The notes: generated from the sequence alone by a model not told the origin. 64,000 nucleotides of DNA from a virus (IMGVR_UViG_3300029156_000001:64001-128000), one strand, 5' to 3'. Shown: positions 46,475 to 56,715, counted from the first letter of the stretch. Numbers and translations are program-made.

Positions 46475-47163
46475 TGGCACAACATAAGGTTGTAGTTTGC
46501 TGTTGGAACAAGGGACACATGACCGATCTCGCAATGACGTTACGTCAGGAGCAGGGTCTCGATAAGAAGATTGCAAACCTTAAGGCTGTTTGTCCCACAT
46601 GTCGTAATGACGAAGAGGGCAATCAAGCCATCTTCATCTATGAGGGCGAGACGACCTTTACGCCTAAAACTTACAAGTGTCGGCACGGGCACGTTACATG
46701 TGTGCGTGCATTTACGAACGGCATGTTAAATGTTACCTTTGGCTATAGCAGAGAATCTTTCTTCAATATTGAGGGTTTGATTGAAGAACTCGAAGAACTG
46801 GTTGACAAAAAAGACATTTCGTGTCATCATGTAAAGGAGAACGGTCGTCGTTGTGATTGCAAACTCAAGCCGATAGATAACTTTACGCTAGAATACCCCG
46901 GAGGAGCGGGGATTAAAACCAAGACTCGCGTTGGTGACCTCTGGGATAAAGCTGGAGCGGAACCTGTACGTTCAGGTAACTATGATAAAGATGGTTACTA
47001 TCACGGCACTAAGTCAGAGACGGCTAACCGTGAACGTTTGAAGCGAATGAGAAAGCGTAATATGTCCGAAGAAAAACACCCTGGCAAGCGTATCACCAAA
47101 GCTACCAAACGTAGTTACGATCGTCGCTCCAAAAACGAAGTCAATCCCGAAAGACTCAAATGA
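46474..47163 (+). CDS. Cys/His-rich (multi-Zn) hypothetical protein
   Basis: CCWNKGH, CPTC, CRHGHVTC, CHH...CDC; basic C-terminus. Confidence 0.7.
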   Translation: MAQHKVVVCCWNKGHMTDLAMTLRQEQGLDKKIANLKAVCPTCRNDEEGNQAIFIYEGETTFTPKTYKCRHGHVTCVRAFTNGMLNVTFGYSRESFFNIEGLIEELEELVDKKDISCHHVKENGRRCDCKLKPIDNFTLEYPGGAGIKTKTRVGDLWDKAGAEPVRSGNYDKDGYYHGTKSETANRERLKRMRKRNMSEEKHPGKRITKATKRSYDRRSKNEVNPERLK

Positions 47164-50100
47164 CCTTCACGCACCTGAATGTACACTCTAAGGCGTCCAT
47201 GCTGTATGGCTCTGCTGACATTAAGAAGCTGGTAGCCAAAGCTAAAGAGCTAGGGCAGCCAGCCGTAGCACTTACGGACTATTCTAACGCATTCGAAGCG
47301 ATGAATTTCTATAGTGCTGCGGACGCGGCAGGCGTAAAGCCCATCTTAGGGGTAGACCTTTACTTCTGTGAAGACGCGGAGCAACTTAGGATTCAAAAGG
47401 TACGTCAGGTTTCACATATCACCCTGTTGGCTGAAAATGAAATTGGATGGAAGAACATCATGCGTCTTCTATCAATGGCCAACACCCCAGAATACTTCTT
47501 CTACAACCCCCGTGTTGATTTCGGGCTCCTAGAGCAGTACAGTGAGGGGGTCATTTGTTTGAGTGGCGGCAGTCTCGATGGTGTCATTTCTTCGCACCTA
47601 TATGACAAAGTAGACGAGTCTGGTGAAGTGATGACTCCAGCGGCTCGCTTCAAGGCTGAGGGTCTCGTGAGACGCTTTTTGCAGATCTTTGATACTGATC
47701 ATTTGTTTTTGGAGGTACAGGACACCAGCATTCCTGAGCAGACAGAAATCAATACGCGACTGCGAGGCATTGCAACGAAGTACGGCCTTCGTACCGTAGC
47801 GACTAATAATGTTCATTATGTTGAACAGCATGATGCCGAAGCACACAAAACCTTGTTGGCAATGAGTGCCAATAAATATAGTCGTGCCACATATACGAAT
47901 TTCGAACCCGAGGAATACTACCTCAAGAGTCGCGAGGAATTAGAAGACTGCGATTTGACTCAGGACGAGCTTGACACGACTCTTGAGATTGCGAATCGCT
48001 GCAACGTAACCATCGACCTTAAGAAGCGACGTTTGCCCAAGTACGCTTTCGTGCCCGAGGGCAGAACGTCAATGCAACACCTTCGCGTCCTTGCTGCAAA
48101 AGGACTCGAAGACTTAAGCGTTGATAGAAATGTACCAAATGATAAAGAGGGTTATGCTGAGCGACTTGAGCGGGAGCTTACTGACATTGAAGAAATGGGT
48201 TTCGCGGACTACTTCCTCATTGTTCATGACGTTATGTCCTGGGTTCGCGAACAAGATATTTTGGTTGGTCGCGGACGTGGTAGTGCGGGTGGCAGTCTTG
48301 TCAGTTATTGTCTTGGCATTACCGAAATTGATCCTCTTGAATATGATCTCATTTGGGAGAGGTTTCTCAACAAGGGTCGTGGAGGCTTGCCTGACATTGA
48401 TACTGACCTTCCCCGCTCACAGCGACAGAAGGTGCTTGAGTATGTCCGAGATCGTTTTGGAGCCGGTAACGTTGCTCAGCTTGTAACGCTCGGCGGCATG
48501 CAGGCTAAGGCCATTCTCAAAGAGGTCTTCAAAGTATATGATATGCCGTTCGATGAAGCTAACAAAATCACGGCACTCATCCCGGCCAAGAACGATGATC
48601 ACGTTGCCATCTCTCTACAGGAAGCTATCGATGCTGTACCGGAACTCAAGGAGTATTATGACAAATACACGCCTTGGTTCAAGGTTGCTCTAGCACTTGA
48701 GGGCTGCTACAAGACCACAGGGATTCACCCGGCCGCCGTTGTGATTGCCGACATGCCTTTTGAAGACAGTCCATATCCTTTGGCACGCTCGAAAGACGGC
48801 AGCCCTTTGTTTGGCTGGGACATGGGCACCGTAGATTCATTGAGCTTGCTCAAGCTCGATATCCTAGGTCTTACCACGCTGGACGACATTCAGGTCACTA
48901 TGGACTTGGTTCAGGAGCGTCATGATGTCGAGCTTTCGCGAGAAGCAATGCCCCTAGATGACACTAAGACCTGGGACATGCTTGGTCGTGGATTCACTAT
49001 TGGTATTTTCCAGATCGAGAAACAACTTGGTCGTACGTGGAGTAAGAACCTTAAGCCTCAGTCGATTGAAGAACTGAGTGACCTTGTATCATTGATTCGT
49101 CCAGGTCCGATGGAATCAAACATGCACACGGCTTATCGTAGTGTTAAGAACAAGGGAGAAGATCCTTCGTACATTCATCCTATGCTAGAGCCCATCATGG
49201 GGCCAACATATTCTGCTCTATTGTACCAGGAACAGGTCATCTATATCTGTCAACAGCTTGCTGGTATGAATTCGGTTGATGCCGATATGGTGCGTAAAGC
49301 TATGGGCAAGAAGAAGCCCGAAGAAATGAAGAAGTGGAAAGAGGTCTTCATTGACGGATGTAGCGACAATGGCATTGATACAGTGACCGCTGATGATCTT
49401 TGGGGTTACATTGAGAAGTTCGCTGGCTATGGTTTCAACAAATCTCACGGCGTTGGTTATGCTTTGTTGGCCTATGAGACAGCGTATTTGAAGGCAAATC
49501 ATACTGTTGAATTCCTGTGTGCGAAGCTTCGTCACGCAGAGAGCCACACAGATAAATTTGGTCAACTCTCTGCTCTGTCGTATGACGCCAAGCTGTTCGA
49601 CATTGAAGTAGTGCCCCCTCGCGTGTCTCTTGGTAATAAGGACTTTGCTGTTGTAGATGATACACACATTGCTTTCGGACTTACGGCCCTCAAAGGGGTT
49701 GGTGCAGCAGCGATTACTGATCTTGTGCGTTTGGGGCGTGATTGTAATACGTTTGATGAGATTCTTTGGAAGTGGAAGACGAAGAAGAGTAAGGTTAATA
49801 CTGGAGTAATGACCGCATTGATTCGTAGTGGTGCATTTGACGACATTGAAGAACATCGTGTTGAAAGTCAGAGTCGTTTCCGTCTGTTGGATGGCCTAAC
49901 TGACAAAGAGGTTGAGACCGTGGCTGGTCTTATGGAGTATCAAACCGAGAACAAAGATTGGGTACGTATTGTGCGTGCTCTTGCGGACGAAGACAAGTCG
50001 CTGAAGGTTAAAGAGACTTACGACGTTAAGATTCCTAATGCTCGCCGTCGTCCAAAGCTACGTGAGCTACTATCTGATTATGACGGACGCGAACTCTTTG

Positions 50101-50465
50101 ATACAAAAGCACAGAGAATTGCGTGGGAACAGCACTACCTAGGTATCGCTCTCAGTGGTAGCGAAGCTGACATTTATAAGGCACAGGACTCATGTATTGA
50201 TCTAGTGCGTGATGGCTATGCTGATCTAGGATTTGAGATTGCCGTCTGCATTGATGGGGTGCGAGAGATCATCACTAAGAAGGGCGATCCGATGGCTTTT
50301 GTGACTGCTCGCGACCAAACCTATGTCATGGACAATATTGTGGTGTTTCCACAAACTTTTGACAGAGCTAAAAGACTACTCGAAGAAGGCAATGTGATTA
50401 AGATTAGAGGCAAGATGGATGATCGTGGCTCTTTGATTGCTAACCAGATTGAAAGACTAAGATGA
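47160..50465 (+). CDS. dnaE: DNA polymerase III alpha subunit (family C)
   Basis: PHP HLNVHS; GRGRGSAGGSLVSYCLGITEIDP; catalytic PDIDTD and KLDILGL; YGFNKSH; C-terminal OB fold TKKGDPMAF. Confidence 0.96.
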   Translation: MTFTHLNVHSKASMLYGSADIKKLVAKAKELGQPAVALTDYSNAFEAMNFYSAADAAGVKPILGVDLYFCEDAEQLRIQKVRQVSHITLLAENEIGWKNIMRLLSMANTPEYFFYNPRVDFGLLEQYSEGVICLSGGSLDGVISSHLYDKVDESGEVMTPAARFKAEGLVRRFLQIFDTDHLFLEVQDTSIPEQTEINTRLRGIATKYGLRTVATNNVHYVEQHDAEAHKTLLAMSANKYSRATYTNFEPEEYYLKSREELEDCDLTQDELDTTLEIANRCNVTIDLKKRRLPKYAFVPEGRTSMQHLRVLAAKGLEDLSVDRNVPNDKEGYAERLERELTDIEEMGFADYFLIVHDVMSWVREQDILVGRGRGSAGGSLVSYCLGITEIDPLEYDLIWERFLNKGRGGLPDIDTDLPRSQRQKVLEYVRDRFGAGNVAQLVTLGGMQAKAILKEVFKVYDMPFDEANKITALIPAKNDDHVAISLQEAIDAVPELKEYYDKYTPWFKVALALEGCYKTTGIHPAAVVIADMPFEDSPYPLARSKDGSPLFGWDMGTVDSLSLLKLDILGLTTLDDIQVTMDLVQERHDVELSREAMPLDDTKTWDMLGRGFTIGIFQIEKQLGRTWSKNLKPQSIEELSDLVSLIRPGPMESNMHTAYRSVKNKGEDPSYIHPMLEPIMGPTYSALLYQEQVIYICQQLAGMNSVDADMVRKAMGKKKPEEMKKWKEVFIDGCSDNGIDTVTADDLWGYIEKFAGYGFNKSHGVGYALLAYETAYLKANHTVEFLCAKLRHAESHTDKFGQLSALSYDAKLFDIEVVPPRVSLGNKDFAVVDDTHIAFGLTALKGVGAAAITDLVRLGRDCNTFDEILWKWKTKKSKVNTGVMTALIRSGAFDDIEEHRVESQSRFRLLDGLTDKEVETVAGLMEYQTENKDWVRIVRALADEDKSLKVKETYDVKIPNARRRPKLRELLSDYDGRELFDTKAQRIAWEQHYLGIALSGSEADIYKAQDSCIDLVRDGYADLGFEIAVCIDGVREIITKKGDPMAFVTARDQTYVMDNIVVFPQTFDRAKRLLEEGNVIKIRGKMDDRGSLIANQIERLR

Positions 50466-50689
50466 AGTACGAATACGACTACGAAACCCTGCAACTCAGC
50501 GAAGAACAGCAGGCGGCTATGGAATTAGGTATGGGCAACATTGACGCTCTCAATATGGTTCTACGCGAAATTATCAACGAACGTGCAGCTAAGGGTTGGG
50601 AGCCCCTGTACCCATTTTCTGTGCCCCAAGTATGGTTCCGAAAGCCAAAAGTTACACGACGCAAAAAGAAAACTACAAAAAGATCTTAA
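50462..50689 (+). CDS. Small hypothetical protein (DUF4177-like)
   Basis: KYEY...INERAAKGWE pattern. Confidence 0.5.
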   Translation: MKYEYDYETLQLSEEQQAAMELGMGNIDALNMVLREIINERAAKGWEPLYPFSVPQVWFRKPKVTRRKKKTTKRS

Positions 50690-50702
50690 CGATTAGACTC
50701 AA

Positions 50703-51065
50703 ATGTACGATTATGCACAAGTGCAGTTGCTTGGTCGGGCTACGTCTGATGCCATGTTAGAGAACGTGGACGAAGAAGGACGTGTCGGCAAAGCCACTTT
50801 CACGCTCGCTCTCAATATTCCAATTAGGCGGGGCAATCAGACCAACACGCGGACACTGTATCGTCGCGTCATGGTGCTAGGCTCCTTTGCAAATTATGTG
50901 GCTCAATGCCAAGAAGACGGCGGCCTTAAAGGTCGTCTTATCAACACTTTAGGTGTGATGGACGACGAACGCTGCTTTGAAGACGGTGAAGAATACTATC
51001 AGGATGTTATCAGGGTCGCTCCGGGTGCGGGTGCTATCAAGATCATGGACCGGAGGGGTCGGTAA
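50703..51065 (+). CDS. ssb: Single-stranded DNA-binding (OB-fold) protein
   Basis: VQLLGRATSD, ATFTLALN, VLGSFANYVAQ...KGRLINTLG; no acidic C-terminal tail. Confidence 0.65.
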   Translation: MYDYAQVQLLGRATSDAMLENVDEEGRVGKATFTLALNIPIRRGNQTNTRTLYRRVMVLGSFANYVAQCQEDGGLKGRLINTLGVMDDERCFEDGEEYYQDVIRVAPGAGAIKIMDRRGR

Positions 51066-51730
51066 TGATGACTGATATTTCCGACACTGAGGTATATGAA
51101 ATCCTGAGTCAGTATCACGGTCTGGTTGAAAGTATTGCTCGTTCAGCCTTCTATTCTTCTGCCAGCATTGAGTTTGCGGACCTGTGTCAAATTGGCGATG
51201 TTGCTGTACTAAGAGCGATTAAAACTTATGATCCTACCTGCGGCACCACGATTAAGTCATATGTGGCCCGGGTCGTACGGCAGGACATTTTTCGCGAGGC
51301 AGCCAGATTCCTGGGTGTCTTCACGGTTGATCACAGAGTCACGAGCCTAGCTGCCAAAGCAAGTCGGTTACACGCTAAAGGCAAGAGTGACGAACAGATC
51401 TCCGCAATTCTTTCCGAATCAAGTCAACGCAAATTTGACGCAGATCACGTCCGAGATTTACGGCTGGCCTATGGTCGTCGCCAACATCAGGAACTAGAGT
51501 TTGACGATCTTCTAGATGAAGAAGATTCTGCCACAGAAAATATTCGCAGCCTGCTGCGGAACGTCATCTGTGGGCCCACCGAAGAAATCATTTTACAGCA
51601 AAGACTGTTGCAAAACGAACCAGCGGGTGCGGTAGCAAACTCCATAGGACTGACACAATCACAACTATACAGGCTCGAAGGCGAAATCAGGGAACGTATC
51701 CGCAAGGCTATTGAAGGTGTAACTGAATGA
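51065..51730 (+). CDS. Sigma70-family phage sigma factor
   Basis: Region 2 LVESIAR...DLCQIGDVAVLRAIKTYDPTCGTTIKSYVARVVR; region 4 HTH VANSIGLTQSQLYRLEGEIRERIR. Confidence 0.85.
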   Translation: MMTDISDTEVYEILSQYHGLVESIARSAFYSSASIEFADLCQIGDVAVLRAIKTYDPTCGTTIKSYVARVVRQDIFREAARFLGVFTVDHRVTSLAAKASRLHAKGKSDEQISAILSESSQRKFDADHVRDLRLAYGRRQHQELEFDDLLDEEDSATENIRSLLRNVICGPTEEIILQQRLLQNEPAGAVANSIGLTQSQLYRLEGEIRERIRKAIEGVTE

Positions 51731-53541
51731 ATGAGAAAAAGCGTATTCTGTTTATTGGCGAAGCCAGTAATCTTAGCACTGGTTTTGCTAACTACTATGG
51801 CGAACTAATCCCCCGTCTCGTCGCCACCGGCAAATATGAGATCGCGGAGCTTGGATCCTATGCCCGCCAGGACGACCCCAAGGTGCAGGAGTTTATCCAG
51901 GGCCGCTGGAAGTTTTATGGCGTAATGCCAACGACGCAAGAAGAGGCGAGGCTTTTCAATCAACCGTGCCCCCATCCCCGAACTCGCGGCCAGAACACTA
52001 ACCAGTTTGGCGAGTACAAGTTCAACCATGTAGTTGCTGATTTCAAGCCGGATATCGTTATCGATATCCGAGACTGGTGGATGCTTGAATACCAGGAGCG
52101 AAGCGTGTTTCGTCCTTGGTATAAATGGATTGTTATGCCTACTGTGGACGCTGAGCCCCAAGCGGAGGAGTGGATCAAGACGTATGAGAATGCCGATATG
52201 GTGTTGGCGTACTCCGACTATGGAATCCATACGCTGCGTCGTCAGAGTCAACTTCTACCTAACGGCAGAAGGAAGGTCAAAGTATTTCCTAAGGCTATGC
52301 GTCCCGGCGTTAACCTGGACATCTTTTCGCCTGTGGCGAAAAAAGAGGAGGTGCGTGACTACTGGAATCTCAATCCAGAGATCCCTGTTATTGGTACGGT
52401 GATGCGTAATCAGAGTCGTAAACTCTATCCGGATCTGATTGATGCTTTTTCTTTGATGAAGAAACGATATGAGGGCGAAGACGCCGTTGATAAAGCCGTT
52501 CTATTGATTCACTCGGCATGGCCCGACAACGCACACTCTTACGACTATCCTAGACACATTATGCGTTTGGAAACCCTTGAGTTTATGGATCACCATAACA
52601 AGGGTATTCGTGGTAGCATTTTGCAGTCGGTCTTTTGTCACTCTTGCAAGGAGCCATCAGTAACTTTCGCAATGAACCTATGGGGTAAACCCATTCAAGA
52701 TGGTCGCATCAAGTTGCCGTGTCCTCACTGTGGTCAAGTGGATGCATCGCCGCCGAACACCGCTGGTGGTTTTAGTCGCGAAGAACTCGCAAGCCTTTAC
52801 AACCTCATGGATCTCTATGTCCAGTGTTCTATCTGTGAGGGTGATGGTATGCCCATTCAAGAAGCTAAGGCTTGCGGGGTGCCTACCCTAATGACGGACT
52901 ATACGGCAATGCGTGAGAAGGGACGCTTTCCTGATTACTCTCATTTTGAAGAGTTAGGATTTACGGAAGACAACTATACTTGCCCTAAGGGCGGCGAAGT
53001 TATTGATGTTGGTCGTTATTACTATGAGCCCGAAACTAACTGTAAGCGTGCCCACCCTGATGTGAGCGACCTTGCCGACAAGATGCGGGAGTTGATTACG
53101 GATAGAGATCGTCGTAATCTGATGTCATTTGAAGCACGTCAATGCACCGAAGAGAACTACGACTGGGGTGAACTCCGGAAGCAATGGGAATACGTGCTCG
53201 ATAATGTCAAGCCTTTGGATCGTGCTGGTACATGGGATAGCCCCATCGCTGAGCATGATACCGTTTCTCCCCAGGCCGTTCCCGAAGACCTCAGCGATGA
53301 GGCGTATGTCGAATGGTTATATCTCAATGTATTGAAGTATCCCGCTGTTGATCCTGAAGGTGCGAAGGAATGGGTGAAGCATTTGGGAGTTGGTATTCCG
53401 CGTGAACAACTAATGCAACAGTTTGTGGCTATTGGTAATCAGCAGTCCGACGGTGGCAGAGTTCGAGATCAAATCCGACAACAGGTCTCGGGTCCTGGTA
53501 GACCAGGAACGGCGAAACCCTCGCAGCAGGAATTTATCTAA
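51727..53541 (+). CDS. GT4-like glycosyltransferase with Zn-finger insert and DUF4214-like tail
   Basis: IGTVMRNQSRK, YNLMDLYVQCSICEGDGMPIQEAKACG (E-X7-E). Confidence 0.85.
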   Translation: MNEKKRILFIGEASNLSTGFANYYGELIPRLVATGKYEIAELGSYARQDDPKVQEFIQGRWKFYGVMPTTQEEARLFNQPCPHPRTRGQNTNQFGEYKFNHVVADFKPDIVIDIRDWWMLEYQERSVFRPWYKWIVMPTVDAEPQAEEWIKTYENADMVLAYSDYGIHTLRRQSQLLPNGRRKVKVFPKAMRPGVNLDIFSPVAKKEEVRDYWNLNPEIPVIGTVMRNQSRKLYPDLIDAFSLMKKRYEGEDAVDKAVLLIHSAWPDNAHSYDYPRHIMRLETLEFMDHHNKGIRGSILQSVFCHSCKEPSVTFAMNLWGKPIQDGRIKLPCPHCGQVDASPPNTAGGFSREELASLYNLMDLYVQCSICEGDGMPIQEAKACGVPTLMTDYTAMREKGRFPDYSHFEELGFTEDNYTCPKGGEVIDVGRYYYEPETNCKRAHPDVSDLADKMRELITDRDRRNLMSFEARQCTEENYDWGELRKQWEYVLDNVKPLDRAGTWDSPIAEHDTVSPQAVPEDLSDEAYVEWLYLNVLKYPAVDPEGAKEWVKHLGVGIPREQLMQQFVAIGNQQSDGGRVRDQIRQQVSGPGRPGTAKPSQQEFI

Positions 53542-53699
53542 TGAGTGCCCCCGAAGGAATTACGAAAGTATCAGAACTCATGGAGGCACTCAAGGAGATG
53601 CCCGGGGATGCCAGGATCATTGTGACATGTATGGATGGTGCTGACACCATTTGGATCACGTATGAAGAACAGTTTAACTATGTAATGGTGGCAGGATGA
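53541..53699 (+). CDS. Small hypothetical protein (52 aa)
   Basis: TAATG and ATGA coupling; MSAPEGITKVSELMEALKEMPGDARIIV...; not in the ORF track. Confidence 0.65.
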   Translation: MSAPEGITKVSELMEALKEMPGDARIIVTCMDGADTIWITYEEQFNYVMVAG

Positions 53700-54940
53700 A
53701 ATTACTATACACAGGGCCCCTACTGGATTTTTCAGGATTTGCCCACGCCTCTCGCAACCTGTTGCGAGCGATCATTCAAGATCCAGATATCGATGTTGTG
53801 GCCCGGCCACTCAAGTACGATACTCTAGATAACAACCAAGAATTCGTGACTCCAGAATGGCTACAGACACTTCTGGAGAAGGATTTGCAGGGCGTAGATA
53901 TGGCCCTACAAATGACTACATGTAATATTGAGGCTGTGCCTGTGCCGGGCATCCCCAACGGACTATACACGTTTTTTGAGACTGACAGAATTCAGGCCAC
54001 TTGGGTTAATAAAGCTCAAGAGTTTGATTTCTTGATTGTGCCTTCGAAACACAATGCTCACACCCTCCTGAACTCGGGCGTGAGGAAACCAATCCTTGTT
54101 GCTGGTCCTCCGTGTGACCTGGATGAATATCAAAAGCAGCGTTCTCCGTTTGATATCAAGAACGCTGGAGAGAGAACGGTGTTCTATAATGTTTGTCAGT
54201 TGAGCACCAAGAAGGGAATCGACACATTGCTGCGGTCGTATTATACTGCGTTCGCGGGGATGCCAGATGAGGTTCTGTTGGTTTTGAAGACATACGTGAA
54301 CATGCAAGGGCGTGAAAACGATCTTGAAATGGTGAGGCAGTATGTTCAGGGGATTAAGCAACGCTGTCGTATCCCTACTCAGAACTTCCCGCCCGTATTG
54401 CCACTCATTGAGATCATCAGCGACGAGGAGATTCATCAGTTGCATGTTAGAGGGGACGCATACGTCTGTTCTAGTCGTGCTGAAGGATGGGGCATTCCTG
54501 TGTTTGATGCACTTGCTCATGGTAATACCGTGATTAGTCATCAAGCCGGTGGGTTGGCAGAGTTTGTGACGGCAGAGAACAGTATCGTCTATGGCGGCAC
54601 GCCAACGTTCTTCTATGATATGCCCCATCCGGACCCGGGCCTATTCACTGGTCTTGAACAATGCTTTGAGCCGTCGCCGGTTCAGCTTGCTCTAACCATG
54701 AGACACTTTCATATGTTGCGTAAGGGTGCTGCCGCTGGGGATCTTGATGAATCTAATCAAGTTGAGTGGCAGGCCGTGTTGCAACGTCGCGAGAACGCGA
54801 AGCAGGTAGGCGAGAAGCTTGATTATCGTGAGGTGTATCCTCAAGTAACTGAGCAACTAAAGGCCGCTTTTGAATCCTGGCAAGAGGCTGGCGTGGTTCG
54901 TTACAAAGAACCGGAGCCGTCATTGGAGGAAACCCTGTGA
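53696..54940 (+). CDS. GT4-like glycosyltransferase
   Basis: CQLSTKKGIDTLL; DAYVCSSRAEGWGIPVFDALAHG. Confidence 0.88.
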   Translation: MKLLYTGPLLDFSGFAHASRNLLRAIIQDPDIDVVARPLKYDTLDNNQEFVTPEWLQTLLEKDLQGVDMALQMTTCNIEAVPVPGIPNGLYTFFETDRIQATWVNKAQEFDFLIVPSKHNAHTLLNSGVRKPILVAGPPCDLDEYQKQRSPFDIKNAGERTVFYNVCQLSTKKGIDTLLRSYYTAFAGMPDEVLLVLKTYVNMQGRENDLEMVRQYVQGIKQRCRIPTQNFPPVLPLIEIISDEEIHQLHVRGDAYVCSSRAEGWGIPVFDALAHGNTVISHQAGGLAEFVTAENSIVYGGTPTFFYDMPHPDPGLFTGLEQCFEPSPVQLALTMRHFHMLRKGAAAGDLDESNQVEWQAVLQRRENAKQVGEKLDYREVYPQVTEQLKAAFESWQEAGVVRYKEPEPSLEETL

Positions 54941-55281
54941 TTAATTCAATTGAATGGTATCGACAATATCAAGAGTATTTTCATAAGCAAGGTTTCTGTA
55001 TATTGAATCTACAAGCTAATGTTGGCCAAGAGTTTCAACATCAGTTGGGGAAATTGATGCCAGTGACTACTCCATGTCGCGTAGAGTTTCAGATTGACAT
55101 TACGCTGTTAGCGTCTTCTCGTGAGGCGGTTATGGAAGCACTTCATAGCGAGTATTTTCTAAATGAATTCGAACTTAGTCTTGTGATGGTTTCGGAAAGT
55201 ATGAGCAGCGACACGGGGCTATGTGAAGTACAAGCAACATTTACGCAAGAGCAGCCCACATGGGAGTGGCAAGAAGCATGA
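54937..55281 (+). CDS. Hypothetical protein
   Basis: 114 aa, GTGA/ATGA coupling. Confidence 0.6.
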   Translation: MINSIEWYRQYQEYFHKQGFCILNLQANVGQEFQHQLGKLMPVTTPCRVEFQIDITLLASSREAVMEALHSEYFLNEFELSLVMVSESMSSDTGLCEVQATFTQEQPTWEWQEA

Positions 55282-56282
55282 ATCAGTATTACGTACCGCA
55301 GATGCAGAACATCGTAGAGCGTGTCAATAGACCTGTCCGCATCATTCAATGTATTCAAATGCACAATGAGGAAGAGTTCGCTCATGCCGTATTAGGGTCG
55401 CTCTACGATGAGGTAGATCGTATTCTAGCGATCGAGGGTGCGGTCGAGAATCGTCCCAACGCCACAGAAGATGGTCACTCTACTGACCGGACCGTCGAGA
55501 TCATCAACGATTTCAAAGAGAACCATGACCCTGATAATAAGGTGATCATTATCTCCATTCCTAAGTTTTGGAAAAACCTGGAAGAGATGAAGCAGACGTT
55601 CCTCGATATGTCTATCCCTGGGGATTGGATTTTGATTAACGATGCCGACGAGTTTTATCGCCCCGAAGACATTAGGCGTTTGCGTCAAGCTATTGAGCTA
55701 GAGCCCCAAGCCCAAGAGTTTATTCCAACATTTTTGCACTTTTATGGTGATTATACTCATGTAGCCAAGCCGGGCCCCGAATGGAACACTCAGCATCAAC
55801 GAATTTTCAAGTATGTACGAAACATGAAGTACAATAGTCATCCGGTCGTAACAGACCCCGGGGGACATTGTACCTATTTTTCTCCACATTATCAATCACG
55901 ACGTTTCGTGCCTAGAGACCCTATTTATATCTATCATTATGGCTATGCTCGCACCCGGATGGACGAAGTGATGCAAGAGAAGCAGAAATATTACAAGGGG
56001 GAGCTTGCTCAGCATGACGGTGCCGACAAGAAATTCGATCAAAAGGTTGAAGATTGGTTCTCTAACGCCGAGCCGGTACTAGAGTATGATGGTGAACATC
56101 CGTCTTGTATGACTTCACACGCCTTTGAGTCCACCGTGCGGGGCACTATTGTTGGCAATTGGCGGGAAGATCCGTTCTACAGTAAGGCTATTGCTGGAGA
56201 AGACGTAGGTAACATCTATCTCTGTATGACACAGCAAGCAACTCCACATATGTCCCTATATCACAATGGCTTGTCGTTCTAG
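55278..56282 (+). CDS. GT2-like (GT-A) glycosyltransferase
   Basis: IQMHNEEEF, VDRILAIEG, DWILINDADEFY (DxD), IYHYGY. Confidence 0.8.
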   Translation: MNQYYVPQMQNIVERVNRPVRIIQCIQMHNEEEFAHAVLGSLYDEVDRILAIEGAVENRPNATEDGHSTDRTVEIINDFKENHDPDNKVIIISIPKFWKNLEEMKQTFLDMSIPGDWILINDADEFYRPEDIRRLRQAIELEPQAQEFIPTFLHFYGDYTHVAKPGPEWNTQHQRIFKYVRNMKYNSHPVVTDPGGHCTYFSPHYQSRRFVPRDPIYIYHYGYARTRMDEVMQEKQKYYKGELAQHDGADKKFDQKVEDWFSNAEPVLEYDGEHPSCMTSHAFESTVRGTIVGNWREDPFYSKAIAGEDVGNIYLCMTQQATPHMSLYHNGLSF

Positions 56283-56715
56283 AAAAGCACCGATTGATCG
56301 CTTTGCTGCGAAATACACTATCAATCTAGAAACAGACTGTTGGGAATGGCAAGCTGCACTTGATCGAGATGGTTATGGATGTTTTCGTTTTACACATGAG
56401 CAAGGCAACAAAAGTTGGGGCAAGGCGTACGTGTTTGCGTATGAGTATTTTGTAGCCCCTGTGCCTGATCAAATGCAACTTGATCATGAATGTAGAAATC
56501 GTGCTTGTGTGAACCCTGATCATCTTCGTGTTGTCACTTTAGTAGACAACGTAATGGCCGGCGAGAGTCCCCCTGCTCGTAATGCCAGAAAAACACATTG
56601 TAAACATGGACACCCCTTATTTGGCGACAACCTGTACGTACAGCCCTCAACTGGCTATCGTTACTGTCGCACATGTAAGAGGGCGTCTGAGCAGAAACGT
56701 AAGAGGAGACAGTAA
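56266..56715 (+). CDS. HNH endonuclease (HNH_3-type)
   Basis: CWEWQ...GYG, LDHECRNRACVNPDHL...DN, THCKHGH...CRTC. Confidence 0.9.
   Translation: MACRSRKAPIDRFAAKYTINLETDCWEWQAALDRDGYGCFRFTHEQGNKSWGKAYVFAYEYFVAPVPDQMQLDHECRNRACVNPDHLRVVTLVDNVMAGESPPARNARKTHCKHGHPLFGDNLYVQPSTGYRYCRTCKRASEQKRKRRQ

Noticed and set aside
171-50465. Inteins or group I introns in terL, recA, dnaB or dnaE
   Set aside because: Lengths and motif spacing are normal, no C...HN intein ends or LAGLIDADG motifs were seen, and both HNH genes sit between complete-looking ORFs
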